DNA from: an uncultured Nitrospirales bacterium
Lineage (GTDB): Bacteria; Hydrogenedentota; Hydrogenedentia; Hydrogenedentales; GCA-2746185
DNA length: 44,366 nucleotides
Reading direction: 5' to 3'
NCBI GenBank assembly: GCA_964401695.1
Contig: CAYNZS010000004.1
Span: 1-44,366, forward strand
A program made the position numbers and the translations under genes. Each line of letters starts with the position of its first letter. Positions within the stretch are counted from its first letter, which is position 1. The notes under the pieces are model-generated. The model ran no database searches. It was given only the letters and a program-made list of their open reading frames with translations, and was not told the DNA's origin. Below, piece by piece: positions 18,714 to 29,447 of the stretch.

Positions 18714-21700
18714 CTAATTCCTAGCGGCGCGCCATCTCCGCCGGCCAAGCGAGGCGCCCGCAACCGCTAGCAGCGCAAACGTCAACGCTATCGGGAACTC
18801 GAGGAACCACGCCGCCGGAATAAGAACCATTCTGACAACCGACGCGAGCCAGGGCCGCGCTGCGACCTCATCGGCCAGGGCCGGACTCGCCGTGTAGTAG
18901 GCATCCACCAGAGCAACGCCCGCCGCGGATTGCAGCAAGACACCGTCGCGGAATGCGCGGAAGGTGTCGAGCCGCGCCTCAAGGGGCGAGCCAAAGGCGG
19001 CGGTCGCGATGAAGCACGGGCCCATTAGAGCCGGATCGTTCAGGAACGTAAATCCGGACAGTAGCGTATCCTGCGATGCCAGGACGCCGACCTTCGAATA
19101 GTTCTTCACCTGCACATCGAGAGCGCCTGTGTCTGGCATGCCGCCTGGTGGGAAGCCGACCGAAATGGAGGTTCCATCTTCGGACACGCTAATCACCGGC
19201 ATAACCATCTCGCCGAAAATAACTTCGATGAGCGGCGGCTGCGAGAAGTTCTCGCCGATAACCGTGACCGAGAAATCGACTGAGGATCCGCGCGAGGGCA
19301 CCACGTCAAGGACCCGCGTTCCCTGGCTCGCCTCGATGAGCGTGAAGAGATCGGCCCGGGTGGCCTCTTCGAGTGTAAAGGGATTGCGCACAATGGTAAC
19401 CACCGGGGTCTGTGGTTCCACGTTCGGAAGGTCTGACAGCGCTAAGCGAATGACGTAGTCGCTCGACTCTAACACCTCGACGGAGTAGCCGCCGATCGCC
19501 ACTTGCGCCGCGCTGCCGAAGTTGTCGCCGCGCAGAAGCACCTCAATGGTTTCGCCCTCAGGAATTGCCAACGGCAGTCCGCCGGGCGTTGCCGAATCAA
19601 TCACAATCATGGTTGGCGTTACCAGAGCGTCCTGCGTGGTTATCGTCCCGGACTGGACCTTCTTGCTGGTCGTCGAGCGGATCCAGCGGAGCGGGCTCGG
19701 GTCCGGCTCGCTGTAGGCCACCCGCTCGCGCATCCAGTAACGGGTCGGCGCTTCCTCGTACATGGTGATAAAACCCAATCCGCGCGAGCCAAAGGGAAAT
19801 TCGCTGAACTTCTTGAATTCGTCCGCGGGCTGTTCGGGCGGCAGCGGGAAGGTGAAGGTGTCAGGATCCGGCTCGGAGGGAGTATTGGGACCCCACGATA
19901 CGATGGCAGCCGTGAAGTCGGCGCCTTCGCCCAACTCGGCCGAAGCGCGCACCACGACAAAAAAGTCAGGCCCCTCGAATTCGACTGCGCCCGGGCCTCC
20001 TTGAGCGTTGGGCACCCACTGGCGCAGGCGCGGTTGCTCTTCAATCGGGACTGGGAAGTCGTCCGTTCCCGGCGACGACATTACGAACTTGACTTGTGCC
20101 GTCGGTTGGCCCGCGCCGCCTACAAGGACAGGCGAATCATCCAGCACCACGGGAATGTCAATGCCCGGATCGAATACACCGTTGAGGTTGTCCGGATGCC
20201 CATCGTTGTCGCGGTACAAGGCGACGCCGCTTACCGACTGATCCGCCGCCAAAGGCAACAGGTCGACAAAGAAGCTGAATGTGGACGCCGTTGAAGCGCG
20301 CTCGAATTCGACGATAATCTGCTCAAGGAAGGTGGGATCCTTCACGACGAGATAGGAGCCCGCATGGGGTTCGCCGCTGACGAGCGTGAGGCGGTCGGCG
20401 GTGTTGCCCACGATCGCGAAGGTTTTGTAGCCGCTGTCCACCAGATACTTGCCGCGGTACACGTCCGCGGCCCACGCCTTCGATGTATCCAGGAACTGCT
20501 CGGGCGCGCCGACGCCCTCGGTACCCGAATCGACTGTCAATTCGGGCCGGTTCGTGTAGGCGTCGATACCGAAGACCGGGAGCGCCGGGCTGTTCGGACG
20601 CAACTGCACGTTGTGCGACGCGATGTTCGTGATATCCACCGGCACGTTCACATTCAGCATGTCATGGCTGTAGAAATCGACAACGGTTCCTTCTTCTGGA
20701 TTCCGCTTCGTCAATGCGCTGGCGCTTACCGTGCCCTGCGGCGTAATCCGCATCCCCGCCTGACGCTGCCCCGCATCGCGCGAGGGCAGCGTGAAGGGAA
20801 CAAACGCGCGGAATTTCTCGTGGGCGGAGATATCCTTCGAGGTCTTCACGACGAAGAACAGGTCGTCGCCGAAAGTATGCGGCGAATCAGCGGTCCCTTC
20901 GTTATCCTGGTCATTCCCGGGAAGAACGATCGGGGTCTGCGGCGTCAACGTCAATACCCACGCGTTGTCGCCGCTGTCTACATCGCCGTCGCCATCGACG
21001 TCATCGGCGACGCCGTCTCCGTCGATATCGACCGGCTCGGCTGCATCCTTCCAACCCAGGAGGTTCAGCGGGACGACCGTCTCATCGAATTGGAATCCAG
21101 CAACGCCGAAATTGGCCTCGGGCGAACTTAGGAATACGCCGTCCCCGGCATTGATATCGTCATCGGCCCAAAGCGTGACGCCCGAGTCCAGGTCGTCGCC
21201 CTCCGGATCGAGGGGCAACAGGTCGGATGGGTCGAAGCCAGGACCCCAGATGGCAACCGTCAATTCGTCGAGGGTGCTCGGATTCGAAGCCAATACGACC
21301 GGGTCTCCGTTTCCGACAAGGTTAAAACCGAGTATCGGCATCAAGCCGCTGCGCGAATCGACACGCTGCACAAGAAGCCGCGCCTGCCGGTCCTCCGGCG
21401 CCCAGTCGGTCAAGTGCGGATAGGCGCCCGGAGCCAGCTCGGCCGGCCAAGTAAGATAATCCGGCATGGACGGCAACGCAAGCGGATTCTGATAGAAGCG
21501 TGAACGAGGCCCCAATATGCCCCCGTCGAATTCGGGAAGGAAGAACGGCACGGACTCGAACGCGGGGTACGAACTGTCCGTTCTGCTGTTCGTTGTATAG
21601 AGCGGAACACCAAACGCATTGTACGAAACACTAACCTCCCAGTACCCAACCGGTGGAGTATCAAAATTCAGGAAGCGACTGGCGGTGAGTCCGAGCGAAT

Positions 21701-24700
21701 CGAGCCACAGCGGGAACGCGCCGAGAGCGAATGGGATAGTCGGAAAGCGAGCGGTCAATGCCCGCGTCTCATAAACGGATACCAGGTCATGGACCTCCAC
21801 ACCCGTCCGAAGAGGCTTCACGACGGTGGAATTGAGCGTCCGCTCGGGCCACCATGGCTCGATTTCGCCCCAACGGGGATCGTCTTGCCAAACGGGGGCT
21901 ACCACGTCCACATTCTCCGCGTACGGAATCATGCTGTCAATATAGATACCGCCAGTGTTGCTTCCCGTTGTTGGATTGACGCGGCGCGGCTCGACAAACA
22001 CGCGGGTGTCCGCGCCGGGTGTCAGTCCGATTCCGTCTCCCGGTTCTGTGGAGACATCAGTGAATCCGCCATCCGGTCGGAACACGAGAAAATAGTCGAC
22101 GCGAGCCGCGTCGGCAAGCCCGTTTCCGCCGCCCTGGATCTCTTCGTCAGCGCCTTCCCGTGCGTCGGGTACCGGCTCCAGGAATCCTCCAAGCCCGTCA
22201 AGCGGTGATCCAAGCCGTTCGCGGCTCCCATCGCGGAACTGCAGCTTGATCTTCCACCAGGGATCTCCCCCACCCGGTGGGAAACTGATGTATTCCCATT
22301 CGGGCGGTATGATTTCTGGCAGCAGATGGTAGTCGGTGAACGTGACGCCGAACCCATCGGGAGCCGGAGTAGGCGGATCGAAGAGTCCATTGTTATTGGT
22401 GTCGGCAAATATGGCGACACCATAGAACCCGGGGTCGCGCCCTATGGCTGTCTCGACTTCCAGGAATTCGGAACCGTCTTCGAATATGTCCGGGAAGTTC
22501 TCCAGACCGCTTCTCGGATCAAAACCGCCGCTACCCGGTCCTGCGAAGGGATCGCCGCCGATATCTGTAAACACTACGTTGACCTCGCGCAGCGTAGCCT
22601 GTGGTATAGCAGGATCTTCACCCGTGGTGTATACGGGGTGATCCGTATGAGAGAGCCCGGTAGAATGGGCATCAATGCCCACCGCTTGCACCCAAGTGTC
22701 GACCGCGAAGAGCTGCCGCATTCCCTGGAAATGGCCCGCTACAATGTCAAACACCGTTCCCGCCGGGTTGAATCGTGGCCTCGAGAATTCGACCATGGGG
22801 ATCTGGGCCGTGTGCGGGGTAATCCACGAGTTGTGGTAGGCTTCGAGGTACGGCTCGGCTGGGCCTGCCGTGATGTCATAGACGCTGAAACTCGACGTGT
22901 AGAGCGGGTTGTCCTCGAGAATCTCCGCATCGAGGAAGTTGGGACTGTACGAGTCGGCCGGTTCGCCATCTTCGTTTACGGCGAACGGGGTCATGCGCGC
23001 GTCGAGCACTTCGTAGCCAAGGTCGATGCCGTCGCGCCATGTAGCCGAGGTGCGCATGGCGACAATATAGGACAGCCCATTCTCGTCGAATCCGCTCTGT
23101 ACGCGGTACTGGGGATCGTTCGTGCTGCCCGTCCCTATGAAACTCAGGTTGTACTGAATCGAACCGCCCAGGTCCACTCCAAAGCCCACCGGCGCACCGG
23201 TGTTGTCCCAGGTGAACAGCAAGGTGTCCAGCGAGTCAAGCCCCCCATCGAAGTCCTCTTCCGGATCGCCTCCTTCGACGAACAGGCCGTATTCGAGGAT
23301 GTCGGACATCCTCGGATAACTCGACAAAAGCGTGGGGCCGGGATCGGGGTCGGGGTCGGAGACCAGCGAGTAGGTCAGCGTTTGGAGGAACCGCGTCGCT
23401 GGCGCCTCCGCGTCGTCGGACGACATATTGATGTTGAAGAGCGGCACCCAGTCGTTCAACGGCACAAGCGCGTGGCCGCTGCGGTCAACATCTCCCGCAG
23501 CAATCGAATCGGCGACGGTGAGGCTCGCAGTGGGTCCGCCGACGACCGTTCCGCCTCCGCCACCGCCGCCCAGCCGCACGGTGATGTATTGGGGCTTCTC
23601 CACGGTGTCCACTGAGCCATCGGCAAAGGTCACCGTCAGTTCGACCGTGTAGAACCCGGCCATGGTATACAGGTGAAGCGGATTCGGGTCGGCACTCGTG
23701 GGGCTCCCATCGCCGAAATCCCACAGATAGCTCACCGGATTGCCCGACGGCCCGCCATCGGACTGATCCAGGAAGCTGACTTGCAGCGCCGCTTCGCCAT
23801 CCCGCAGACTGGCTATAAATTCGGCGAAGGGCTGCAGGAGAATCTCAATGTAGTCGGGCTTCGTTTCGGTGAATTTGATACCGGTCAGGTCGGTAACGGT
23901 CAAGGACACGGTATAGAGACCTGCGACGGTATACGAATGCGAGGGATTCTGGTCGGTCGATGTGATTCCATCTCCGAAGTCCCACAGATACGCCGAGGCC
24001 AGGGCAGGGTCGGTCAAACTCGTGAACTGTACGGGCAGATCCCGCCCTTGACGCGTGGGTTCCGCGATGAAATCGGGGGTCAGGCCTTGCGCGCCCGTAA
24101 TGACCTCGGTCAGAAGATTCTTGGAGACCGTCGTTCGCACCCAGTTGTAGCCGCTGATGTCCACCTCTTGATGGGCGGTATGCTCATCCATCCAGTAATA
24201 GAGGGGCGGTTCTTTGAAGAAGCTGATGTATCCGATCGCCCGGGTGCCCCAAGCGAATTCACTGAAAACGTCAAACTCGTCGGCCGGTTGTGCCGGCGGC
24301 GGCGGATCGGAGAAGGTGTCGGGATCGGGTTCGGTCGGCGTGTTGGGGCCCCACGAAACGATGCCCACGCGGAAGTCGTCGCCGAGCACCATGTCGAGGC
24401 TACTGCGCAACACGACGAAGAAATCGGGCTCATTCCCCGCTTGAAGCCCGCCAAAAGAATCCGGGATCCACTGGCGCAACCGCGGCTGGTCGGCGATCGG
24501 CGTGGGGACGTTGTCGGTGCCGGGCGAAGAGAAGACGAAGCGGATCTGGTTTGTAGGCTCGCCCGGAATACCAAGACGGACGGGCCGGTCGTCGAGGCGG
24601 ACGGGCAAGTCTATGTACTGGACTGCGCCATTGACAACGACGGGCGGATCGAAGACGCCACGCCTGTTGTTCGGATGGAAGAAGTTGTCGCGGTAGATCG

Positions 24701-27700
24701 AGACACCACTGGATACGCCGTTGGCCGGATCTTCGAAGTCCAGCGAGGCCAAGTCTTCGGCCATGTTGAACTGGCCATCGGGTTCGTCCGGAAATCCGTC
24801 ACCATCGGTGTCGATGCCTTCGTCGTAGATCTCAACGATCATCTGCTCGAGGAAAGTTGGCGATCGCGCGATGAGCCACGCCCCCTCGCGAGGGCTTCCG
24901 CTCAGTAGCGTAACGACGTTCGCGGTGTTCCCGACGATCTCATACGGTTCGAATTCGCTGTCGATGACAAAATCGCCAACCAACGCGCCAACCGGCCAGG
25001 GCAAGCCGCTCACCACAAGGGTAGAGTCGCCGCGTGTGCCCTCACCCAGCGTTTGGGAACTATACGGAGTCGCTTCCGAAGAGGGCCGGTTGGTGGAGGC
25101 GTCGACGCCAATGACAGCGACCGGGATGCCGGCACCGATTTCCGAGTTCGGCGCCAGCAAGGACACCAGCGCCGTCGGCACGTTGAACTCGAGCGTGTCG
25201 TGTCCGTACCAATCTTGCACCGGGTTTTCGTCGGGGCTGCGACGGATAAGCGAGTCGGCCGGCATATGAACATTGGGCGAAAATGCGATACTCGCGTCCT
25301 GTTCTGCCGGTATGCGGCTCGGAAGCTTCGCCGGTATGACGACGCGAATCTTCTCGAACTGACGCACGGAATCCGACGGCCGGATCACGACGAACAAATC
25401 ATCGCCTTCGTTGCCTCCGTCAGGAAGCGCTTTGGGCGTAGCCGCTTTCGCAGCCTTCTCCGCTCGCGCCTCGTCCAGCATGGCATCGACCCCGTCTTCG
25501 GTGAAGCCGCCTTCGGGAATGTCCATGGGCGACACGGCCACAGCAACTTCTTCGACGACAGCGCGAGACTTGCCCCCGTCGCCAGTGCCTAACCCGCCAC
25601 CATAGCGAATGTCGGAAATGGGCACGCGCCAGAGATCCTTCGGCCGCATGCGCAACACCCAAGCGTAGTCATCTTCATCTGCGTCACCGTCTCCATCCAT
25701 ATCGTCTGGGATTAAGTCGCCGTCAAGGTCGATGGGTTCCGGCGCGCCGGCCCACTCGAGGTTGTTGAGCAGCACAGGCGAGTCTGCGCCAAGAACGGCA
25801 TTGAAATTGGAATTGGCCGTTCCATTGAAAATGCCGCCCGTCAAGCCGCTGCCGCTGTTGGAGTCTTCGTAGAGCATCACACCGGACTCAACGTTGGCTC
25901 CATTCGGATCGAGGGGTCGAAGATCGCTAGGCGTAAAGTCGGGACCCCAGAACGCAACGGTCACTTCCTCGAAGAAGGATTGCGAAATGCGATTGACTAC
26001 GGGGTCGTCCGCGCCGACCATGTTGATGCCGATCATTGCCGTGGGCGGGTCGTCGTTGTTCGCGTGCTGCTGAAGCAACCGCGCGGCCCGGTCCACCTGC
26101 GCCCAATCGGATTTTCTCGGATATTGGCCGGGGGGAAGCGCGTTCTCAATGAGATCTTTGCGAGGCCAACTGTCATAACTTGGCAAGGAGGGTCGCAGCG
26201 GTGGATTCGGGAAGAATTGCGAGCGTGGACCGAATGGAGCTTCATCGAAAATCGGGATAAAGAACGGCACCGTTTCATACGACTGTTGATTATAGGCGAA
26301 GATATCGTCGGATACGATGGCAATCTCGTCCCCAATGTTGATGGTGGTTAGAATGACGTCCTTCGCATTCGTTCCAACAAAGTGAATCCCAGAGAATACG
26401 GTCGGGAAACCGGTCCAGTTGTCAAAGGAAACCGCAGCCGAATCGCCCCCCCATTGGCCGAAGGGATCGATCCAAAAATCGAACAGAGATAACTGGCCCG
26501 GCAGGCCTAGGGTATCATCGGCACTGAACGAGGCGTAGTATCCGACCCCCAGCAGGGCTTTCGCGTCCTGGTTGTTCGTGCTATACGTAAGGACGAGATC
26601 ATGCACCTCGACCGCGCCCCGTTGGGGCTTCGCGTTATTCTGGTTGAGGAAGCGCTGTGGCCACCATTTTTCGTTCGCGCCCAGGGTATCTACAGGCTGG
26701 TTCAGGCCGATAGGCGGCGGCTGATCCATCAGCGAGTGATAATGCAGGCCTTCCGGTCCGGGCCAATTGTTGGCAAAGTGTGCTTGGGGCGGGTTTACGA
26801 CGGTCAGCGGGTCGAGTACAATGGAGTCAGGAGAAAAGATCTGAGCGTCGGTCCAGATGCCGCCGTCCCATTCGCCCTCGTTAAGGAAGGGGTTGAACCG
26901 GCGCGGCTCGATGAACGCGCGGAAGTCTGCACCCAGGCCGAGGCCCGTGCCGTCCCCCGCAACCAGCGTCGCGTCCCGGAAGCCACTATCCGGGCGGATG
27001 GTGATAAAATAATCGACCGCCCATGAGGAAGGATCCTCATTGTCGCGGCTGTCCGGCGTGGGGTCCAGATGGCCGGTGGGCTCGTCATCGGAATTGCTGC
27101 GGCGGCGGCCGCCATCGAAGCGCAGCCGAACCTTGAAGGCCGGATCGCCACCCCAAGGCGGGTTGGGAATGTACTCCCAACCCGGGTTGTACGGTTCGAC
27201 CTGCTCGCTGGGAATACTTATATCCGGATCCATCGGATAATCGCCCTGGAAATTCACGCCGCTGTCCGTAGTCGCCACGGGGACGTCGAAGATACTGTTG
27301 TCGTTCGTGTCATGAAACATCCAGGCGCCGTTGAAGGGATATTCCCTGCCGAGGGTCTGATCCGCGGGGACGTAGTCGGGGTGCTCGTCCGCAATCGTGA
27401 ACGGGTCGAACCCGTCGCGCGGATCGAAGCCACCGTTACCCGGAACGGGGTTGTTGGGATCGGCTCCGATGTCCGTGAAGACCAGGTTAACTTCGCGGAT
27501 TCCTCCGTTGCCATGCATGTTGATGCCAATGACCGAGGTCCACGTCTCGAGGGCGAACAGTTGCCGCAGGTCCAGCCACTCGCCGGTGACCATATCGAAG
27601 GTCTGGCTCGCCCCGTCGAAGCGCGGCCGAATGTGCTCCGCCGCGGGCGTGTAGAGCTTATTGACCCATGTCCAAGGGTTGGGATTCGGGCCGGCCCCTG

Positions 27701-29165
27701 TTGCGTCATATACCGAAAAACTCGAGTACATGCGGGTGCAATCGCCGTCTCCGGGATATGGATCCGGCGGATCGCCATCGAGTAGCTCACCATCATCGGT
27801 TAATGGAACGGGGGTTTCGCCCGTGAGGGGATTGAACAGATTCGGGTCGACCATTGTCCGTTCAGTAAGTTGCGCCGAGTAAAACAAACTGGTCGCGTTT
27901 GCCCACGCCGCCGAGGTGCGAAAGAGAACGAAATAGGCGTTGCCGCCATCGGCCGTCGAAGAGCGTGGCCAGGCGGCCCGAAGCTCGGGATCCGCGAGCA
28001 GGTAGCCATTCTCGTAGAAGTCAAGGTTAAACGTCAGGTCGTCGGTCGGTTCTTGATACGGGAAACCGTCGTTGGCCCAAGTGAGAATGGGAGGGGAGTC
28101 GATGACGCCGTTGGGGCCTGGATTGTATACGCCATCCGGGCCTCCTTCGCCAAAATCCTGGACGAGGGCGAACTCGAGAATGGAGTTCATAGTGGGGCTG
28201 ACGAACGCATCGAAGGGCGGGTTCTCTGGAAAGCAACCCGAATCGATACTGTAGACGACTTGACCCAAGACGCGCTCCGCGAAAACACCTGTGTCTTCGT
28301 CCAAGTCGGCCTCCATCGTGATCTGGAACAACGTCGTCCAATCGTTCAGGGGGAGAAGCGAGCCGTCATCGGGAAGCATGTGAGCGAACGAAAGCGACGC
28401 CGACGGCGGATCGTCGGGCGCTTCGGTGACGATAATCTGGATCGTCTCGAAGGGAGGCAGTGGGTCCTCGGCATCTGGGGGCGGCTGGAGAATAAGCGTG
28501 TATGTGCCTTGCTCCCAAATGCGGAGCGTGACTGTGTCTACCGTATCGTCGGTGAGGAGCGGAATGCAGTTGGCCCCGGCGAATCCATCCCATACCCATC
28601 CAGGCGGGTCGCCAGCGGGGTCGCACTCGGCGGCATCGGGATCGTTATTGGACAGATTCCATTCCCGGATTCTGGGGGGCGCGTCGAGGTCGGCCAGCGT
28701 GATCGGTTGCCCTTCGCCGACGACGATCGTTCCGCCAGCGAGCGGGGGCAGCGTGACGAGGGCTTTGGCGCCAGCCTGGGCCATCTGGAATGGTTTCAGC
28801 GCGGCGGCGGAGTTGTCTTTGGGCACATCACGCTGTGTGCCGGGCGAAAAAGATGTGGCCGGTTGGTCGGGCTGCGATGATTCTTTCAATGGGGCCAAGG
28901 GCGTAGCGATGGTGGAATCGCCGAATTCAATTTCGGTGGCGAAACCGATAGCCGCGAACTTGGCTTGCATGGACGGGTACGCTTCGAGCGATGCGTCTGT
29001 TTCCGACACCGCGCGGCTCCCGGCCGCCCGAATAAGCGGTTCGGCTTTCCGCTCGAACTTCGCTATCTCGTCATTATCGACAGTCCCCGGCGAAACCGCC
29101 AGAGCCCCGATGGTGGCTCCGGCCAAGAGGCCCACGATCACAAACGTGCCAATCTTTTTTATCAC
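18714..29165 (-). CDS. Giant (3483 aa) acidic surface/secreted protein: signal peptide, two large internal repeats, 2 PKD, 2 IPT/TIG, CFI-box-CTERM anchor
   Basis: N-terminal signal peptide; two PKD signatures YLWDFGDG...NP.H.Y (about 23575-24085); IPT/TIG-like LRGDNFG and VIGENFS (about 19040-19620); C-terminal GPCFIATAAFG...FRDGVLL...YY..SP, TM, RRRWR. GGAGG precedes the GTG start. Confidence 0.88.
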   Translation of the reverse strand: MIKKIGTFVIVGLLAGATIGALAVSPGTVDNDEIAKFERKAEPLIRAAGSRAVSETDASLEAYPSMQAKFAAIGFATEIEFGDSTIATPLAPLKESSQPDQPATSFSPGTQRDVPKDNSAAALKPFQMAQAGAKALVTLPPLAGGTIVVGEGQPITLADLDAPPRIREWNLSNNDPDAAECDPAGDPPGWVWDGFAGANCIPLLTDDTVDTVTLRIWEQGTYTLILQPPPDAEDPLPPFETIQIIVTEAPDDPPSASLSFAHMLPDDGSLLPLNDWTTLFQITMEADLDEDTGVFAERVLGQVVYSIDSGCFPENPPFDAFVSPTMNSILEFALVQDFGEGGPDGVYNPGPNGVIDSPPILTWANDGFPYQEPTDDLTFNLDFYENGYLLADPELRAAWPRSSTADGGNAYFVLFRTSAAWANATSLFYSAQLTERTMVDPNLFNPLTGETPVPLTDDGELLDGDPPDPYPGDGDCTRMYSSFSVYDATGAGPNPNPWTWVNKLYTPAAEHIRPRFDGASQTFDMVTGEWLDLRQLFALETWTSVIGINMHGNGGIREVNLVFTDIGADPNNPVPGNGGFDPRDGFDPFTIADEHPDYVPADQTLGREYPFNGAWMFHDTNDNSIFDVPVATTDSGVNFQGDYPMDPDISIPSEQVEPYNPGWEYIPNPPWGGDPAFKVRLRFDGGRRRSNSDDEPTGHLDPTPDSRDNEDPSSWAVDYFITIRPDSGFRDATLVAGDGTGLGLGADFRAFIEPRRFNPFLNEGEWDGGIWTDAQIFSPDSIVLDPLTVVNPPQAHFANNWPGPEGLHYHSLMDQPPPIGLNQPVDTLGANEKWWPQRFLNQNNAKPQRGAVEVHDLVLTYSTNNQDAKALLGVGYYASFSADDTLGLPGQLSLFDFWIDPFGQWGGDSAAVSFDNWTGFPTVFSGIHFVGTNAKDVILTTINIGDEIAIVSDDIFAYNQQSYETVPFFIPIFDEAPFGPRSQFFPNPPLRPSLPSYDSWPRKDLIENALPPGQYPRKSDWAQVDRAARLLQQHANNDDPPTAMIGINMVGADDPVVNRISQSFFEEVTVAFWGPDFTPSDLRPLDPNGANVESGVMLYEDSNSGSGLTGGIFNGTANSNFNAVLGADSPVLLNNLEWAGAPEPIDLDGDLIPDDMDGDGDADEDDYAWVLRMRPKDLWRVPISDIRYGGGLGTGDGGKSRAVVEEVAVAVSPMDIPEGGFTEDGVDAMLDEARAEKAAKAATPKALPDGGNEGDDLFVVIRPSDSVRQFEKIRVVIPAKLPSRIPAEQDASIAFSPNVHMPADSLIRRSPDENPVQDWYGHDTLEFNVPTALVSLLAPNSEIGAGIPVAVIGVDASTNRPSSEATPYSSQTLGEGTRGDSTLVVSGLPWPVGALVGDFVIDSEFEPYEIVGNTANVVTLLSGSPREGAWLIARSPTFLEQMIVEIYDEGIDTDGDGFPDEPDGQFNMAEDLASLDFEDPANGVSSGVSIYRDNFFHPNNRRGVFDPPVVVNGAVQYIDLPVRLDDRPVRLGIPGEPTNQIRFVFSSPGTDNVPTPIADQPRLRQWIPDSFGGLQAGNEPDFFVVLRSSLDMVLGDDFRVGIVSWGPNTPTEPDPDTFSDPPPPAQPADEFDVFSEFAWGTRAIGYISFFKEPPLYYWMDEHTAHQEVDISGYNWVRTTVSKNLLTEVITGAQGLTPDFIAEPTRQGRDLPVQFTSLTDPALASAYLWDFGDGITSTDQNPSHSYTVAGLYTVSLTVTDLTGIKFTETKPDYIEILLQPFAEFIASLRDGEAALQVSFLDQSDGGPSGNPVSYLWDFGDGSPTSADPNPLHLYTMAGFYTVELTVTFADGSVDTVEKPQYITVRLGGGGGGGTVVGGPTASLTVADSIAAGDVDRSGHALVPLNDWVPLFNINMSSDDAEAPATRFLQTLTYSLVSDPDPDPGPTLLSSYPRMSDILEYGLFVEGGDPEEDFDGGLDSLDTLLFTWDNTGAPVGFGVDLGGSIQYNLSFIGTGSTNDPQYRVQSGFDENGLSYIVAMRTSATWRDGIDLGYEVLDARMTPFAVNEDGEPADSYSPNFLDAEILEDNPLYTSSFSVYDITAGPAEPYLEAYHNSWITPHTAQIPMVEFSRPRFNPAGTVFDIVAGHFQGMRQLFAVDTWVQAVGIDAHSTGLSHTDHPVYTTGEDPAIPQATLREVNVVFTDIGGDPFAGPGSGGFDPRSGLENFPDIFEDGSEFLEVETAIGRDPGFYGVAIFADTNNNGLFDPPTPAPDGFGVTFTDYHLLPEIIPPEWEYISFPPGGGDPWWKIKLQFRDGSRERLGSPLDGLGGFLEPVPDAREGADEEIQGGGNGLADAARVDYFLVFRPDGGFTDVSTEPGDGIGLTPGADTRVFVEPRRVNPTTGSNTGGIYIDSMIPYAENVDVVAPVWQDDPRWGEIEPWWPERTLNSTVVKPLRTGVEVHDLVSVYETRALTARFPTIPFALGAFPLWLDSLGLTASRFLNFDTPPVGYWEVSVSYNAFGVPLYTTNSRTDSSYPAFESVPFFLPEFDGGILGPRSRFYQNPLALPSMPDYLTWPAELAPGAYPHLTDWAPEDRQARLLVQRVDSRSGLMPILGFNLVGNGDPVVLASNPSTLDELTVAIWGPGFDPSDLLPLDPEGDDLDSGVTLWADDDINAGDGVFLSSPEANFGVAGFQFDETVVPLNLLGWKDAAEPVDIDGDGVADDVDGDGDVDSGDNAWVLTLTPQTPIVLPGNDQDNEGTADSPHTFGDDLFFVVKTSKDISAHEKFRAFVPFTLPSRDAGQRQAGMRITPQGTVSASALTKRNPEEGTVVDFYSHDMLNVNVPVDITNIASHNVQLRPNSPALPVFGIDAYTNRPELTVDSGTEGVGAPEQFLDTSKAWAADVYRGKYLVDSGYKTFAIVGNTADRLTLVSGEPHAGSYLVVKDPTFLEQIIVEFERASTASTFSFFVDLLPLAADQSVSGVALYRDNDGHPDNLNGVFDPGIDIPVVLDDSPVLVGGAGQPTAQVKFVMSSPGTDDFPVPIEEQPRLRQWVPNAQGGPGAVEFEGPDFFVVVRASAELGEGADFTAAIVSWGPNTPSEPDPDTFTFPLPPEQPADEFKKFSEFPFGSRGLGFITMYEEAPTRYWMRERVAYSEPDPSPLRWIRSTTSKKVQSGTITTQDALVTPTMIVIDSATPGGLPLAIPEGETIEVLLRGDNFGSAAQVAIGGYSVEVLESSDYVIRLALSDLPNVEPQTPVVTIVRNPFTLEEATRADLFTLIEASQGTRVLDVVPSRGSSVDFSVTVIGENFSQPPLIEVIFGEMVMPVISVSEDGTSISVGFPPGGMPDTGALDVQVKNYSKVGVLASQDTLLSGFTFLNDPALMGPCFIATAAFGSPLEARLDTFRAFRDGVLLQSAAGVALVDAYYTASPALADEVAARPWLASVVRMVLIPAAWFLEFPIALTFALLAVAGASLGRRRWRAARN

Positions 29166-29306
29166 CTGACCCTACCTCCGAAAAAAACGTTTCGCCGACA
29201 TGCCGCGCTTCGTGAGAACGGAATTCACCCAGGGCTTGGGCCTACCCCACAACTCCACTCCCGGCCGAAACGAAACTTTGACGCCGCTACCCTCATCCGC
29301 TCCTGG

Positions 29307-29326
29307 AGCACACAACGGTCGTGTGC
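29307..29326. promoter_or_regulatory. Operator-like palindrome in the 5' leader; 13 bp are repeated in the promoter spacer
   Basis: GCACACAAC-G-GTCGTGTGC (29308-29326). AGCACACAACGGT occurs at both 29307-29319 and 29453-29465. Confidence 0.5.
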
Positions 29327-29447
29327 ATTCACCGCCGCATACGGCCTCGGCAAAACACTCGTAAACACCAAGCGGAAGCGCCCAAGAAAGACGCGGGGCT
29401 GCACCTGCACGTCGACTAATAAACGTTTGGCTTAATACTTCGGCTTT

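Noticed and set aside
22326-24908. Long plus-strand ORFs (429 and 411 aa) inside the giant gene
   Set aside because: Antisense shadows rich in Arg/Val/Gly with no recognisable domains.
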